From Owenia fusiformis (lineage: Eukaryota): a DNA stretch of 64,000 nucleotides. The position numbers and the translations under genes are program-made. Where the stretch lies: assembly GCA_903813345.2 (NCBI GenBank), contig CAIIXF020000001.1, positions 31,372,001 to 31,436,000 of the forward strand, given 5' to 3'. Below are positions 39,232 through 51,644 of this stretch, piece by piece. The notes under the pieces were generated by a model. It made no database searches. It was not told where the DNA came from and saw nothing but the letters and a program-made list of their open reading frames with translations. Each line of letters opens with the position of its first letter. Position 1 is the first letter of the stretch.

Positions 39232-40530
39232 CACTTTGTTAAAAAGGTTTGGATCTCACTTTAGCTACTTACCCGTTCTTGATCTTGTTTTTTTTAAACA
39301 AATAAAAAAGGTTTAACTTCAAACAGCCAGTATTTGCTTATTTTTCAAACAAATTTCTTAATTTCATTAGGGTTTTATTTGAGCAACTTACCTCTTCCTG
39401 TCGTTGTCTTTCCTGCAAATACAAAAGTATAAAATTAAAAATATACAAACGTATAAGATGGATGTTAAGATTGATGAATGGATGGATGTTTGTACATATG
39501 TATGGATTGATGCAAGTTATTAATAATGTTTAAGTATAGTTTTCGAATTATGAGGCTTGTTCCTCTTGTCCTGAACTATTTGTGCTAAGTTTACTAATAC
39601 ACATTTACCGACTCTGTATATTGGGAAATTCCCCATGTCATGTTTTCTAAAAATATGTGCCTTTAATAGTAAGACACTGTTGATGATTTCTCATCCAGTT
39701 TAGACCTCAAAGGTTTATAGTCAATTTTCTTGAGACCTAGACATCACTTTAAATCAAATGTTTTCACATATGCCGAATTTACCGTTCGAATTGTTAGCTC
39801 ACTTTGTTAAAAAGGTTTGGATCTCACTTTAGCTACTTACCCGTTCTTGATCTTGTTTTTTTTAAACAAATAAAAAAGGTTTAACTTCAAACAGCCAGTA
39901 TTTGCTTATTTTTCAACCAAATTTCTTAATTTCATTAGGGTTTTATTTGAGCAACTTACCTCTTCCTGTCGTTGTCTTTCCTGCAAATACAAAAGTATAA
40001 AATTAAAAATATACAAACGTATAAGATGGATGTTAAGATTGATGAATGGATGGATGTTTGTACATATGTATGGATTGATGCAAGTTATTAATAATGTTTA
40101 AGTATAGTTTTCGAATTATGAGGCTTGTTCCTCTTGTCCTGAACTATTTGTGCTAAGTTTACTAATACACATTTACCGACTCTGTATATTGGGAAATTCC
40201 CCATGTCATGTTTTCTAAAAATATGTGCCTTTAATAGTAAGACACTGTTGATGATTTCTCATCCAGTTTAGACCTCAAAGGTTTATAGTCAATTTTCTTG
40301 AGACCTAGACATCACTTTAAATCAAATGTTTTCACATATGCCGAATTTACCGTTCGAATTGTTAGCTCACTTTGTTAAAAAGGTTTGGATCTCACTTTAG
40401 CTACTTACCCGTTCTTGATCTTGTTTTTTAAACAAATAAAAAAGGTTTAACTTCAAACAGCCAGTATTTGCTTATTTTTCAACCAAATTTCTTAATTTCA
40501 TTAGGGTTTTATTTGAGCCACTTACCTCTT
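39232..40530. repeat. 568-bp tandem repeat (2.3 near-identical copies), each unit containing a minus-strand 21-nt micro-exon
   Basis: CACTTTGTTAAAAAGGTTTGG starts at 39232, 39800 and 40368. Candidate exons at 39412-39392 and 39980-39960 read ttttgtatttgcag|GAAAGACAACGACAGGAAGAG|gtaagt. Confidence 0.85.
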
Positions 40531-40901
40531 ACCTGAATGCGCCTTATCTTGATCTTCTCATTAACATTGAACATGATAACAGTATATATTGTAAGTTGTA
40601 TGATAAACGAGATGATTTCAACTTTGCTATTGTTAATTTTCCCCATTTAGACAGTAATATTCCATTAAACCCAGCATATGGGGTCTATGTATCCCAGCTT
40701 ATTAGATATGGCAGGACATGCTCAAAATATTTAGATTTTAAGTCAAGAAACAATACTTTAGTGATCAAACTGTTAGGTCAAGGTTATACTTGTATAAAAC
40801 TTAAGAAATACTTTTTGGGCTTCGCTGAAAAATACAAATCATTAATTTCGAAGTTTCAAGTTTTACCACTTGATATGCTGAAGGATGTAAGAATTGTTTA
40901 A
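40531..40901 (+). mobile_element. Penelope-like element RT C-terminal fragment (ORF ends after the RT, Naiad-like domain order)
   Basis: PYLDLSINI...KLYDKRDDFNFAIVNFPHLDSNIPLNPAYGVYVSQLIRYGRTCS...KLLGQGY...LKKYF is the PLE RT end/thumb motif. The stop at 40901 has no downstream GIY-YIG. Confidence 0.8.
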
Positions 40902-41231
40902 GACATTGGCGTTGAACTCACAATTTTTTCACTTGGCACCTTTTGAGGTGGATCCCGGCTATGGCATTAATGGTTGATAAATAGGGATCGAAACCAGCCA
41001 CAGTTTTCTCCTGATGACCATTGTGAATTATTGTGTTTTATGGATTATGACGACGGCTTTTGTGAATGGATGTTGACCCTTTGTAACACCCTTTGTAACG
41101 CCTATGGACTTTGATACTGGATTTTATCTATTCCACATTATTTGAGACTGAATGCTCTATGTTGTATGAGTACTTGTATCTACAACTATTTTTGATGTTA
41201 TGAGTATTGGCTATTAATTTCAATTTTTTTC

Positions 41232-41731
41232 NNNNNNNNNNNNNNNNNNNNNNNNNNNNNNNNNNNNNNNNNNNNNNNNNNNNNNNNNNNNNNNNNNNNN
41301 NNNNNNNNNNNNNNNNNNNNNNNNNNNNNNNNNNNNNNNNNNNNNNNNNNNNNNNNNNNNNNNNNNNNNNNNNNNNNNNNNNNNNNNNNNNNNNNNNNNN
41401 NNNNNNNNNNNNNNNNNNNNNNNNNNNNNNNNNNNNNNNNNNNNNNNNNNNNNNNNNNNNNNNNNNNNNNNNNNNNNNNNNNNNNNNNNNNNNNNNNNNN
41501 NNNNNNNNNNNNNNNNNNNNNNNNNNNNNNNNNNNNNNNNNNNNNNNNNNNNNNNNNNNNNNNNNNNNNNNNNNNNNNNNNNNNNNNNNNNNNNNNNNNN
41601 NNNNNNNNNNNNNNNNNNNNNNNNNNNNNNNNNNNNNNNNNNNNNNNNNNNNNNNNNNNNNNNNNNNNNNNNNNNNNNNNNNNNNNNNNNNNNNNNNNNN
41701 NNNNNNNNNNNNNNNNNNNNNNNNNNNNNNN
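41232..41731. other. Assembly gap (500 N)
   Basis: Run of N. Confidence 0.99.
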
Positions 41732-44004
41732 GGCATACCATCCGTACCCCCTTGATGTAAAGCATGTTTAGTTGTGTCATATGTGTTTTCTAGAATCAAA
41801 TAGGCTGATATAGCACACGGGTTTTACAGATTTATCTACTCTCAAATATTTTTTTTGTAGATGATCGTTTTGAATCACCTTGTAGAAATAACGAAGGGAG
41901 AATTAGTTCAGCTAATGAATGAGTCGAGCTGTTTGATTGGATACTATGCCTATTCAGCCGATTATTTTAATAAGCCATTCTGGTCAGTAGGTCCACACAT
42001 ATACTATGCGGAGATCCAATTCTGTAAGTTTATAATCTGCGTATAAAGGCCCTTTTATACGTAAAAACTTAAAAATTGACCTTATAATTTCATGAGAACT
42101 TTGAAATGATCGACTCGTTCGTGTAGTGATTCACTTTAAAGGGTCTTGTTTATCGTACACTACAAGGACCCGTCAACTAGCGTTTAGTTTATCGTGTTCA
42201 TAATTGACACTAGCAAAGGACATTGTATTCGCAGTCCCTAGTTGATGATGGAGCTTGACTATATCGGGAATAGTTATGCCCCACTTGGTACAGATTATGA
42301 AAATCAATTTGAATTGATTTTAGTTCGACAAGACCCTTTAAACTATAAGTATACGTATAAGTTTTTGAAACAACTTATAACGAAAATTCTCTATTATCGT
42401 TTGGAAACGGTCTATGAAAAAGTCTTATTCCACTGTGCAGACAAAGTTAAATACATAATTCAAATAAAAGCAAATTGTATAATCGATAGCTACCTTCACC
42501 AAAAATCTCTCTATCCCTAGAGACATCTCTAGTAGCTAATGTTTTACTTGTGATTTTTCTAGGTCGGTGTCTCCAGTTAATCACATTTCTTATTTCTCTA
42601 GAGATATCTACTTTCACTAGTGAATAGCTAATAAAACACCTAGTAAATCTTTAGTATTTCTCTAGTTTTTCTTAAATTCAGTACATTTACCATTAGTTCA
42701 CTTATTTACCAAAGGGTGACAGTACATACAGTTATAATCCAAAATATGAATTGTAAAATTATTAAACTTCAGCGTACCATATATAACTAATTTCCAAAAT
42801 TATGTCACAAAAGGTGGGTGTCATTTTTTGTGTAAGATCCAGTTGTGCCAGGAAAGGAAAAGACGACACATTTTGTAATGCTAATAAATGAGCTCATATG
42901 TGAGCTAGCCATCTGAAACTTCTTGTTCTTAGGACAGCTGAGCAGCGTGTGTGTATGTGGGAATATATAAGCGCAAATGCCAGAGGGAAAGAAATGTCAG
43001 TTGTGCTTCCTCTGGTGTGTTCGAGCGTTAATAACAGCCATCAAGCAATAGCTGACCTAAATAACGATTTAATCTGGCTATTAAAGCACCAATTGGAATT
43101 GTAAATAGCGGAAGTAGAAGTGTACATCTGGCTCATGCCCATAGACGCAAGTTACGTTTTAAATGTGTTCGATCGAGTGACAATGGCATAAAAAGTCACG
43201 TGATCACTGTTTGTTGACAAACGGGGTGTTCGTAATTTACAACTTCAAACTGACGAGTTAATTTATGCAAATTAATATGTTAATCCGGTGGCCGTTGGTT
43301 GCATTAGTGAATAAATATATTTGCGAATATGATGACAAAAAGATGAAGTAAAAAGTTGATTATCATATAAGAATTCATCCACACATTGAGCTGATCTCGT
43401 TTATTTACCAATTGTTCTGTATTCTGAAAATTGCAATTTGTTTTAGTCCGAATGATAATGGCATTTACTGCAAACAGATAAGCACCTTATTGTCAACATT
43501 GAAGTCATTTGCCATGACATGTGGTAATACAACCAATAATATCAACAACAATAACTTTAAATAATGGCTACCTGTATATGCTATCACACGAACGGTAATG
43601 TTTTTATGTATTGTTATTTGTTCAGTTTAATTTTATTTGAATATCGCGGTATAACTAATAAAGTATTTAAATTGTTACAAATCCATGGCTTTGGATCAGT
43701 GTTAAGTATAAAATTTTGAATTTGCAAATCGTTTCTGAAAATTCATTGCCAAAGACTGAATCAATGCATGGGTTCATTTAGCATACAAATACTATAATAG
43801 TTGACTGCCATTGAGGGTAATTGTGCAAAAATAATGTCCTGCTGGAATATAATGTCGATAAACGTGTTCCAAACGATATAAGATAATGAACATGATATTC
43901 CAAATGTGAAATTTCTTTATTCTTTTAATTAGAATATATAATAAGTCATAAAATTGCTTAACGCCATAACTCTGAAAATTGTACACATACAGGATATCGC
44001 TACA

Positions 44005-47000
44005 ATGCTGAACATTAAGGCTATCTTGGGGATAAGCCTTTTCATAACTGTGCTACGTAAGTTATCATTTTAATTTCATATATTGATTTTAACTGTAATT
44101 TATTTCTTGACGATTGAGATTTTTAGTAATCAATAACGGGTGAAAAAAGTTGTTTTGGAAAAATTAATTGTGGTCGATTTGTAGTTTTTGAATTTTTTCT
44201 TTGCAGATAGCCTGGTAGTGGTAGAAGCAATGTATCACAATGACTGCATGATTAAATGTAAGTCGACGGGAACTAGTATCGTAAAGTGTAGGGTAGCGTG
44301 CAAGATTCCAAAGGTAAGTAAAATCCTAAATACAATATTTCAGCTAAAAGAAGCATACTATGTATTGTTGGATATCACAATACCCCAATCCAGGATCGTC
44401 AATGTCACTGTGACAATCAAACTGTCGAGAACGAGATACACTTTCTTCAACAGTGCAATTCTTATGTAGAACTGAGACTCCGTTGTCTTGAAATGTCTTG
44501 AGTAAATTCTGGATTTTAACACTTTTAATTATATTCAACAGTTTTGCTACATAATGAATGTATGACTACACCAAATCGACAAAGGACACTGTCAAAAACA
44601 TTGCTAAAAATGCTTTAAAAACTTTCTTTAATTTAATAATCCCAAAAAAATTAATGTACCCTATGTAAAGAAAAAAGGTGCATGGTGCATGGTGCATAGT
44701 CAGTCATAGCATTTTCAAAATTTTGTATAATATAACTTAACTCCTAGAGGCACGTGGTATAAATAACTGGTGGAAATTAAAAAAAATAGATGAAAATTAA
44801 AAAAATAGCAATGGTTAAAAACGTTGTCTCGCAAACTCACTAATGTGACGTTTACCTTTACACTACTTTATAAATGACAATTTGCTATTATACAGTGTAA
44901 TACATTTTCCTCTAAGCATAGGACATCATTTTCTATATGTTATATTCTTTAAAATATTATATGTTATACCATATGTTTGTAAAGCCCGTTCCAAACTGGT
45001 CATAACTGACAGGTTTGAAGTAAACATTGACACAGAAAATTATGGAGGTGTTAAAACCCGTCCGAAACATGATTTATAAACGAAACATGATTTAAAAAGC
45101 ATGTGAAATTAGGGATATGCTGTGAACATTTTGCTCAATAAACACATTTACATATCACATCTGACATTTTTGGTATGCATAAGCTAAGTGTAGGGTGTAT
45201 AACATATTTATTGGTCATTTAGAAAGATTAAGGGTTACAATTATCTTACAATTTCAAATTCATTGTCATTTATGTTACCCCTACACCTAATTTTGAACTG
45301 AGAAGAAAGAGACCTCTGAATCTAAAGCATATTACCCATACCTGTCAAATAAAAAAATAAGAAGCGAGATATCTTCGTTTAAAAAATCGGAAGAAGTCGG
45401 GATTTTTTAAAGAAAAATCTGGGATTTTTTAGAGAAAAATCTGAGATTTTTTAAAGAAAAATCGGGAAAAAATCGGTATTTCTATGAAAAATTGGGAGAA
45501 ATCGGGATTGTTTGGGATAATCGGGAGTTTACGAGGAAAATCAGGTGGAAATCGGGGTTTTCAAAAATAATCGGGAGAAAATCGGGAGTGATTAGGATAA
45601 TCGGGCGAAATCGGGAGTTTACAATCAGTTTTATGTGCCCCTGTTCATTAAGAATATAAATGGTATGGTATTTCGGTTAAAATCATATGCTTTCTTAGGA
45701 TGCACAGGTGAACGGGATATGTTGGAATGCATGTATTGCAGAGTTAGGAGGTTCCCAATTCAAAAAATGTATGACAATATGCATTTTGAAAACGGGTAAG
45801 GACTTTAAAATATTCCTGGTGTTTGTTGTTTTAGGATAATACATATTTTGTTTTTGTCTCATCTTCGACATAGGAATGAGAATAACAATTATATTTACCT
45901 AAATACAAGCAGGGGGGACTCCTCCGGATTTCCCCATAGTATGTATCCAACAGACCGAATATAATATTCGGTCTGTTATGATTGATACCCTTCGCATGGA
46001 AATCGCGGCGATATTTTGTGCACATAAATTTCTCGTTTATTACAAGAATGTTCACCTTGAAAATTGGTGAATATGTTAAAAAGATGTTCATCTTAAACTA
46101 GAAGCAAATATATTTGTATAAGGCGGGTACAAGTTGATATAAAATAATGAAATGTTCAGACTCACCAAAACTTCAGGATGTGTTCAGAAGTAGATCGAAA
46201 AATCAATGTCAAGGACGTTTGAGTTCACGAGATCCTAACGAGATATGCAAATTTTTGAACTTTGACTTTTAACTTCAAACACATGACCACTTGATTACCC
46301 CGGCCTTCCAGTCATGAATATTTCCGCTCTATTTACTATAAATGACGAAAATTAATCGGGATAATGATAATAAATGACGAGATCTAATAAATTCCCACAC
46401 AAATGGAATTTATCAATACGCTTCCGTAATGTTGCTCCATCCGCTCCAAGTGTTATTTGTTTACAAATAGACTGACGTCACTGGCTAAATCTCGTTTATC
46501 GTGAGAATTGGCATTGCCAAAATGGCTTGACCTAATCAATGGCTTCGCTACAAGAAGCGTCTGTATATTTTATGAATATCTTCAGTAAGAGGACAATATA
46601 CAAAAAAATAATATTGTAAGTTCTTTATAAGGTATTTTATCATTAAACAAACTTATTTGTAACATTTATACAACACCACATTTTACAATAGGTGACTTAC
46701 AGTCTGAATTTATTCAGAATTTAGAATTTTTTGTAATCATAGTAGAGCTATAAGTGCAGAAAATATAGCTGAGCAAAGGAACAAAGGACAGAGGGTATTT
46801 ACAAGGATAACAATCAGATAAAATCAACACGGTTTACAACATCAACTATTTATTTACAACATAAAACAATACATGCACACAGTAATATGAAACAAGCCAC
46901 AAACAATAATATATAAAATGGAAATGGCACTAACGAGATCAAACACCGGAGCGCCAGAGGGCAAATCCACGCCCTAACTTCCGTTATCGTAATACAACAT

Positions 47001-50000
47001 CAAGTATTTGATCTCAAACTACTACTAGTGATAAAGACCTTGTGTACCTCGTTGTACTATACCTAATGTACTTCCGTATATCAACCCTAGTATCAAATAG
47101 CCAAGACTCAACAAAACATGGTCCAAAATCCAAAATCAAACAAGAGGCCACAATCACACAGTCTTCATCACATCCTGCCCTCTGGTCAACTGACAAACTC
47201 AACCTTGTACAACTCACACATGAAAGTCAACTCTACCGGAACCAGTTGAACCAATGAGAACTCTCTATTCCAAATATCGTCATATGACTAATTAAAGTGT
47301 ACTGGTTTTCAGCAACAGATATCGATCTAAATTCTATAACTTGTTCCAACAACAGGTTTCTATAATGTTGTCAGTTCTATTTACACGACGTTAGCATCGG
47401 TTAGAAGTTAAAAACATGAAAAGCCGTAATCAAGCAACCGTAATGCCTGGGTCACATTTGCCCCGATTCATCGGCCGGCGCATATGACCAAGGCATTACA
47501 CAAGGTAATCGGACCTTTATTGACTGAAATAGAATGTTTTCGATCAATATCGTATTGCGCAGAATTATCCGTAACTCGCGTTTTGATCCAAATTATGTGT
47601 CGAGTTAAAAATGATTTTCCAAATATTGGTGGTCATACATTTATCCGTGAAAATATGTTTAAGTGGTCCTGAGCATGTCTCTCGGGTCTCTGCATAACAA
47701 TATCACCATATCTTTTTTTAGTTTTGTAGGAATAATCTCTCAAGGCTTGATCTAATTTGAGATATTTTACATTAATCAGTAAATAGAGAACACAAAATGA
47801 CTCTATGTAACATTGTGATATTTACCGATAGAAACATATATAAGCATCTCTAAAAAGAAAAAAAGAAATCACGAAAAATGTTCAACGCTGCAACTACTGG
47901 CTCAAATATGATAATTCATTCAGTATTTTAGGTCATGGACTGTGTTTTGTCTCGCCTCCCCCAAATTACCTATGTCTATATCTAGGAAAAGTATTTACCC
48001 AAGGTTTTTTTTACTAATAAGGTAGATCATATATACACTCCCCTCCATAAGTTTGGCAACCTTAGCTCCCCATTGAACCAAGTGTTAAAGCCTCTTTACC
48101 TTTGAATTTTTATTTATTAGTTAACATGCGATGAAAATATTTATAATATTGATGGACACGTTTTCCTCAATTACAATAGGTCCAAAATTGATGATAAATT
48201 TGATGAATTTTTGAAAATCGACATTCCCATGTTAACCAATGGGAAATGGTAGGTTTGTCGCAATTCATATGACAGAATACCCATCCATCCGAGTCCTTGC
48301 AAAAAGTACAAGTTAGGTAGGCAATTGAATTAACTTTATTTAACAAAAAATTGCTACGTTTCTTCAGGTTCAACAAAGCTATAGGTCTTTAATGTAAAAT
48401 TGTTTTCCAAAAACCTCTCCCATTGAAATAACACAGGAGGCGAAAATTGATTTTTAAAATGACTGAAGCTCTGTTACTTTAGTATTCATCAAGTAAACAA
48501 ACACTTAGTGTACGAAAATGTTAGACAATTCAATTTTCTATATGAAAAATTTTTTTTTGCTGAATCTTTTACTACATAGATATCCTGATTTCTGATTTGC
48601 CCCGAACCCACCATTTCCCATTGGTTTACATTGGAATGACGATCTTCAAAAATTCATCAAATTCATCATCAATTTTCGACCTATTGTAATTGAGGGAAAA
48701 AAATTAGAAAATTTGGAGGTATTGGAAATAAAGTCAAATTACGTTTCCAACAATAGTATAAGTATTTTAAACGCAGGTTAAGTAAATAAAAATTCAAATG
48801 TAAAGAGGCTTTAATACGTAGTTCAATGGGGGAGCTAAGGTTGCCAAACTTATGGAGGGGAGTGTACATCTATCACATTCATTTCCGTTACCTGATTAAC
48901 AATATATTATAAAATGTTGTTTTTTAATTGAAAAAAGTAAATAGTCTCAATCCTATGTCACTTTGACCTACATTTGACCTCATTTAACCTATTTTGAGAT
49001 TTTAATACACTGTCTTCGAGAGTTTTGAATGAACTTTGATATGGTACCTTAGTCTTAACAGTACCTCTTCAAATGCTCGACAGTGTTTTGAAAATAACAT
49101 TGCCCGCATTAGGGTTAAAAGAATTGAAAACGAACAATCACAAACTATTCATTAAGTCTAGTGTTGCCTTTTACAAATACTGTACTGCTATTAGCAGTAT
49201 ATATCAACATTCATTGTAGGAAAAAGTCCGATTTATTAGAAAAATTGAGTTGTTAGTTGTGTTTCATGAATAAAATAATTAATATGAGGATGATTAAGTT
49301 ATTGGCAAAAAATAAGTTTACGTTTTGTTATGTTGCCCATTGTACTCAAGTTTGACTCGCTATAGCTAGAAACTACATATAAAACTTTTTACATCAAATC
49401 ATTGTCAAAATAAAACTTTTTTTCATTTTTTGACACTCAACTCTTTATATTATATAAGTATAGATCAAACGACCATGAATGATGCATAATATATGTACAA
49501 AACAAAACAATAGGCATTGACACTCCCCTCCAAAAGTTAGGCAACCTTTACTCTGTTGGATTACAATGCTAATGCCTATTTATGTTTGAATTTTTATTTG
49601 CATAGTCAGTAAAGAAAATACCATTTCGAATAAATCCAAGATTTTTAATTTACAAATCTGAAAATTGTTTTCTAGCTTTTAGTAAAAAACAAAGTCGGTG
49701 ACACCCACTTCTTTGTCTGAATATGAAGCAGAATGATGATGGGAAGATTATAATACGAAATTACACACTTTCACGTAAAGTAATTTTCAGGCCTAGGTAG
49801 CTACAACTACCTTAATTTAAAATATTTTTGGTTGTCCAATACTGGATTAAAATACCTTCTAATTAACCTACAGTTTATCACGTTTTTACGTATACTAGAT
49901 CAATAGAGCTATAATTTAGGATATATTGATAACTGAATAGATATTATAGGAAGCTACAAAGCTAATACCAAGAAAGGTGATTTTAAAAATGCGATATGAT

Positions 50001-50524
50001 ATTGAGGACATATGAAAGTCTCCTTCCGAGGCTAAACAAATCATGATATAGGTATAACTGTCGAATAAGTTTCATCTACTGTATGAATTAGATTGGAATT
50101 GTAATAGATAACATTTTGCAAGACATTTACAACCCCTGAAATTTTTAACTTTTCATACGCTATCCATACGCCTCATAGGTACTTCGCATGTCCTCTTTGA
50201 ACCTTAGGTTGTTATTGGAAAAAATGGACGTCATGGAGTAGTTGCTCAGAATGTATTCCTGGTCGACCAAGGCTGACAGAGCCGCTTGAAATGGAAGATC
50301 TTGAAGAGGAACCAATTGAATTAATTGAGACTAGAGATTTACACTCTCCGCTCGTTCCAATAAGGTGTGATGGTAAAAAAACGTGCACAAGACGTCGTAG
50401 ATATTCGTGTCCATTCGTCAAGTTCGAATCGTACGAGGGCTGTAAGGGTAGTGACTTTGAAGAACAAACTCAAGAGTTTCCATGTTATTATTCGTCAATT
50501 GCGTGCTTGTTTTCGGATTATTGA
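44005..50524 (+). CDS. Gene A: secreted Cys-rich protein, signal peptide + 2x CX3C-Xn-CX3C + TSP1 with acidic insert (190 aa, 4 exons)
   Basis: Exons 44005-44056, 44207-44313, 45699-45795 and 50208-50524 are all GT-AG and phase-consistent (573 nt). MLNIKAILGISLFITVLHSLVVVEAMYHNDCMIKCKSTGTSIVKCRVACKIPK DAQVNGICWNACIAELGGSQFKKCMTICILKT GCYWKKWTSWSSCSEC...CTRRRRYSC...CLFSDY*. AATAAA lies at about 50632. Exons 1-3 are homologous to those of gene B. Confidence 0.8.
45338..45625. repeat. Truncated MITE-like fragment with AAATCGGGA sub-repeats
   Basis: Begins CATACCTGTCAA and is followed by about 12 degenerate (A)AATCGGGA(G/T) motifs. No matching right end was found. Confidence 0.4.
48036..48864. 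mobile_element. Tc1/mariner-type MITE in intron 3 of gene A
   Basis: TA|CACTCCCCTCCATAAGTTTGGCAACCTTAGCTCCCC ... GGGGAGCTAAGGTTGCCAAACTTATGGAGGGGAGTG|TA, with long imperfect inverted arms. A diverged left-end copy lies at about 49521. Confidence 0.85.
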
Positions 50525-51644
50525 AGTCATAAATGTTATATTGAAAGAAACGTGCATGCCCATTTGTAGTGCCAATTATAAAAGTAAAAGGACCAACATT
50601 TGTTATAGTTATTACAGAACACAGCAAGACAAATAAAACATTAAGTTTACACCAGTCATGGGGAAAACAAACTCAAACTTCCCAAACCATAATATGACCA
50701 TCCAAGTACCCCTATCACAATCCAGGACCCTGACATCAAGGGATATTTTTATATATGCACCGATACTCTAGTCTAGTCCAACTATGATTAATAAAAGTTA
50801 GGGTTTAAAGAACCACGAAATGTATTGCAACAGATTTCACATGTTGGATTTTGGCTATTTTAACAGGTACATATGTTAGGCCAATCCATTAACTCAAGGA
50901 CAAGCACTTATAGAGATGATAAAATAATTTGGACTTCGAGTCAGGGAAGGTGCAAACACCCCACCAACATTCTTTTCAAAAATGTTTCCCTGATTAGAAA
51001 ATTGCAATCATAAATATTAATTCACAGCCTAAAAACAAGGAATCACACTGTGAAAAAATAACACACTTTTAGTCAAAAAATCAGTCCAATGACAAACCGA
51101 CCACCAATGTTACCGGTTAAAAGTTACCAATATAACAGAATATGAATTGTTGATAAATTCTCTTTTTAAAGGTGTTTTATCATAACAGTATTAGGAAAAC
51201 CGCATTCAACCTGCACTAAGTCTTTGTCAGGTTATACCTCTAAACACAAACTCAATTTTGTAGCAGCGCTTACATGAAAATGTGGTACATTAGTACATGT
51301 TGCAAATAAATTGTTAACATGGTAGATATTAATCATGTTGAAAAATATCATGAAATGTTCATTTAATAAAAAAAATATTGGGACAGTTTTACATGTAATA
51401 TTGACTTAAGACGGAAAAGTTATTTTTCATTATGAATTAATTCATAATTCATTTTTATTTGAATTTGCTATTATTCCAGGTAGATTTATTTTCTACAACA
51501 TACATCTCTTACATACACATTACAGACGATTAACTCTCTGAAATAAAATATTATCTGCTTCACAATATCGATTTTATCCATTAACGTGTTACAATTATGT
51601 GAGTGTATGTATTATCAATTATACACACACGGGACATCGCTAAC

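Noticed and set aside
40935..41020. Hammerhead ribozyme downstream of the PLE ORF (GATCCC...GGGATC GAAAC; later CTGATGA)
   Set aside because: A stem-II-like pairing and GAAAC exist, but no CUGANGA precedes the stem and the cleavage triplet would be GCC. The downstream CTGATGA leaves no room for stem I. At best a decayed relic.
41010..41075. SECIS element (some Naiad PLEs encode selenoproteins)
   Set aside because: The stem is weak and there is no in-frame TGA in the visible ORF fragment.
38687..41799. Long ORFs of 172-223 aa in the ORF track
   Set aside because: Artefacts of translating through the N gaps.
42964..43002. TATA box plus TCAGTT initiator as promoter of gene A
   Set aside because: The spacing is plausible, but it lies 1 kb upstream of the ATG with no clear donor linking them, and such motifs are common in AT-rich DNA.
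46840..47260. Minus-strand retroelement 3' end or structured RNA (GGGC..GCCC and GGCGCT..AGTGCC hairpins)
   Set aside because: No recognisable protein motif or ribozyme core; the short hairpins alone are insufficient.
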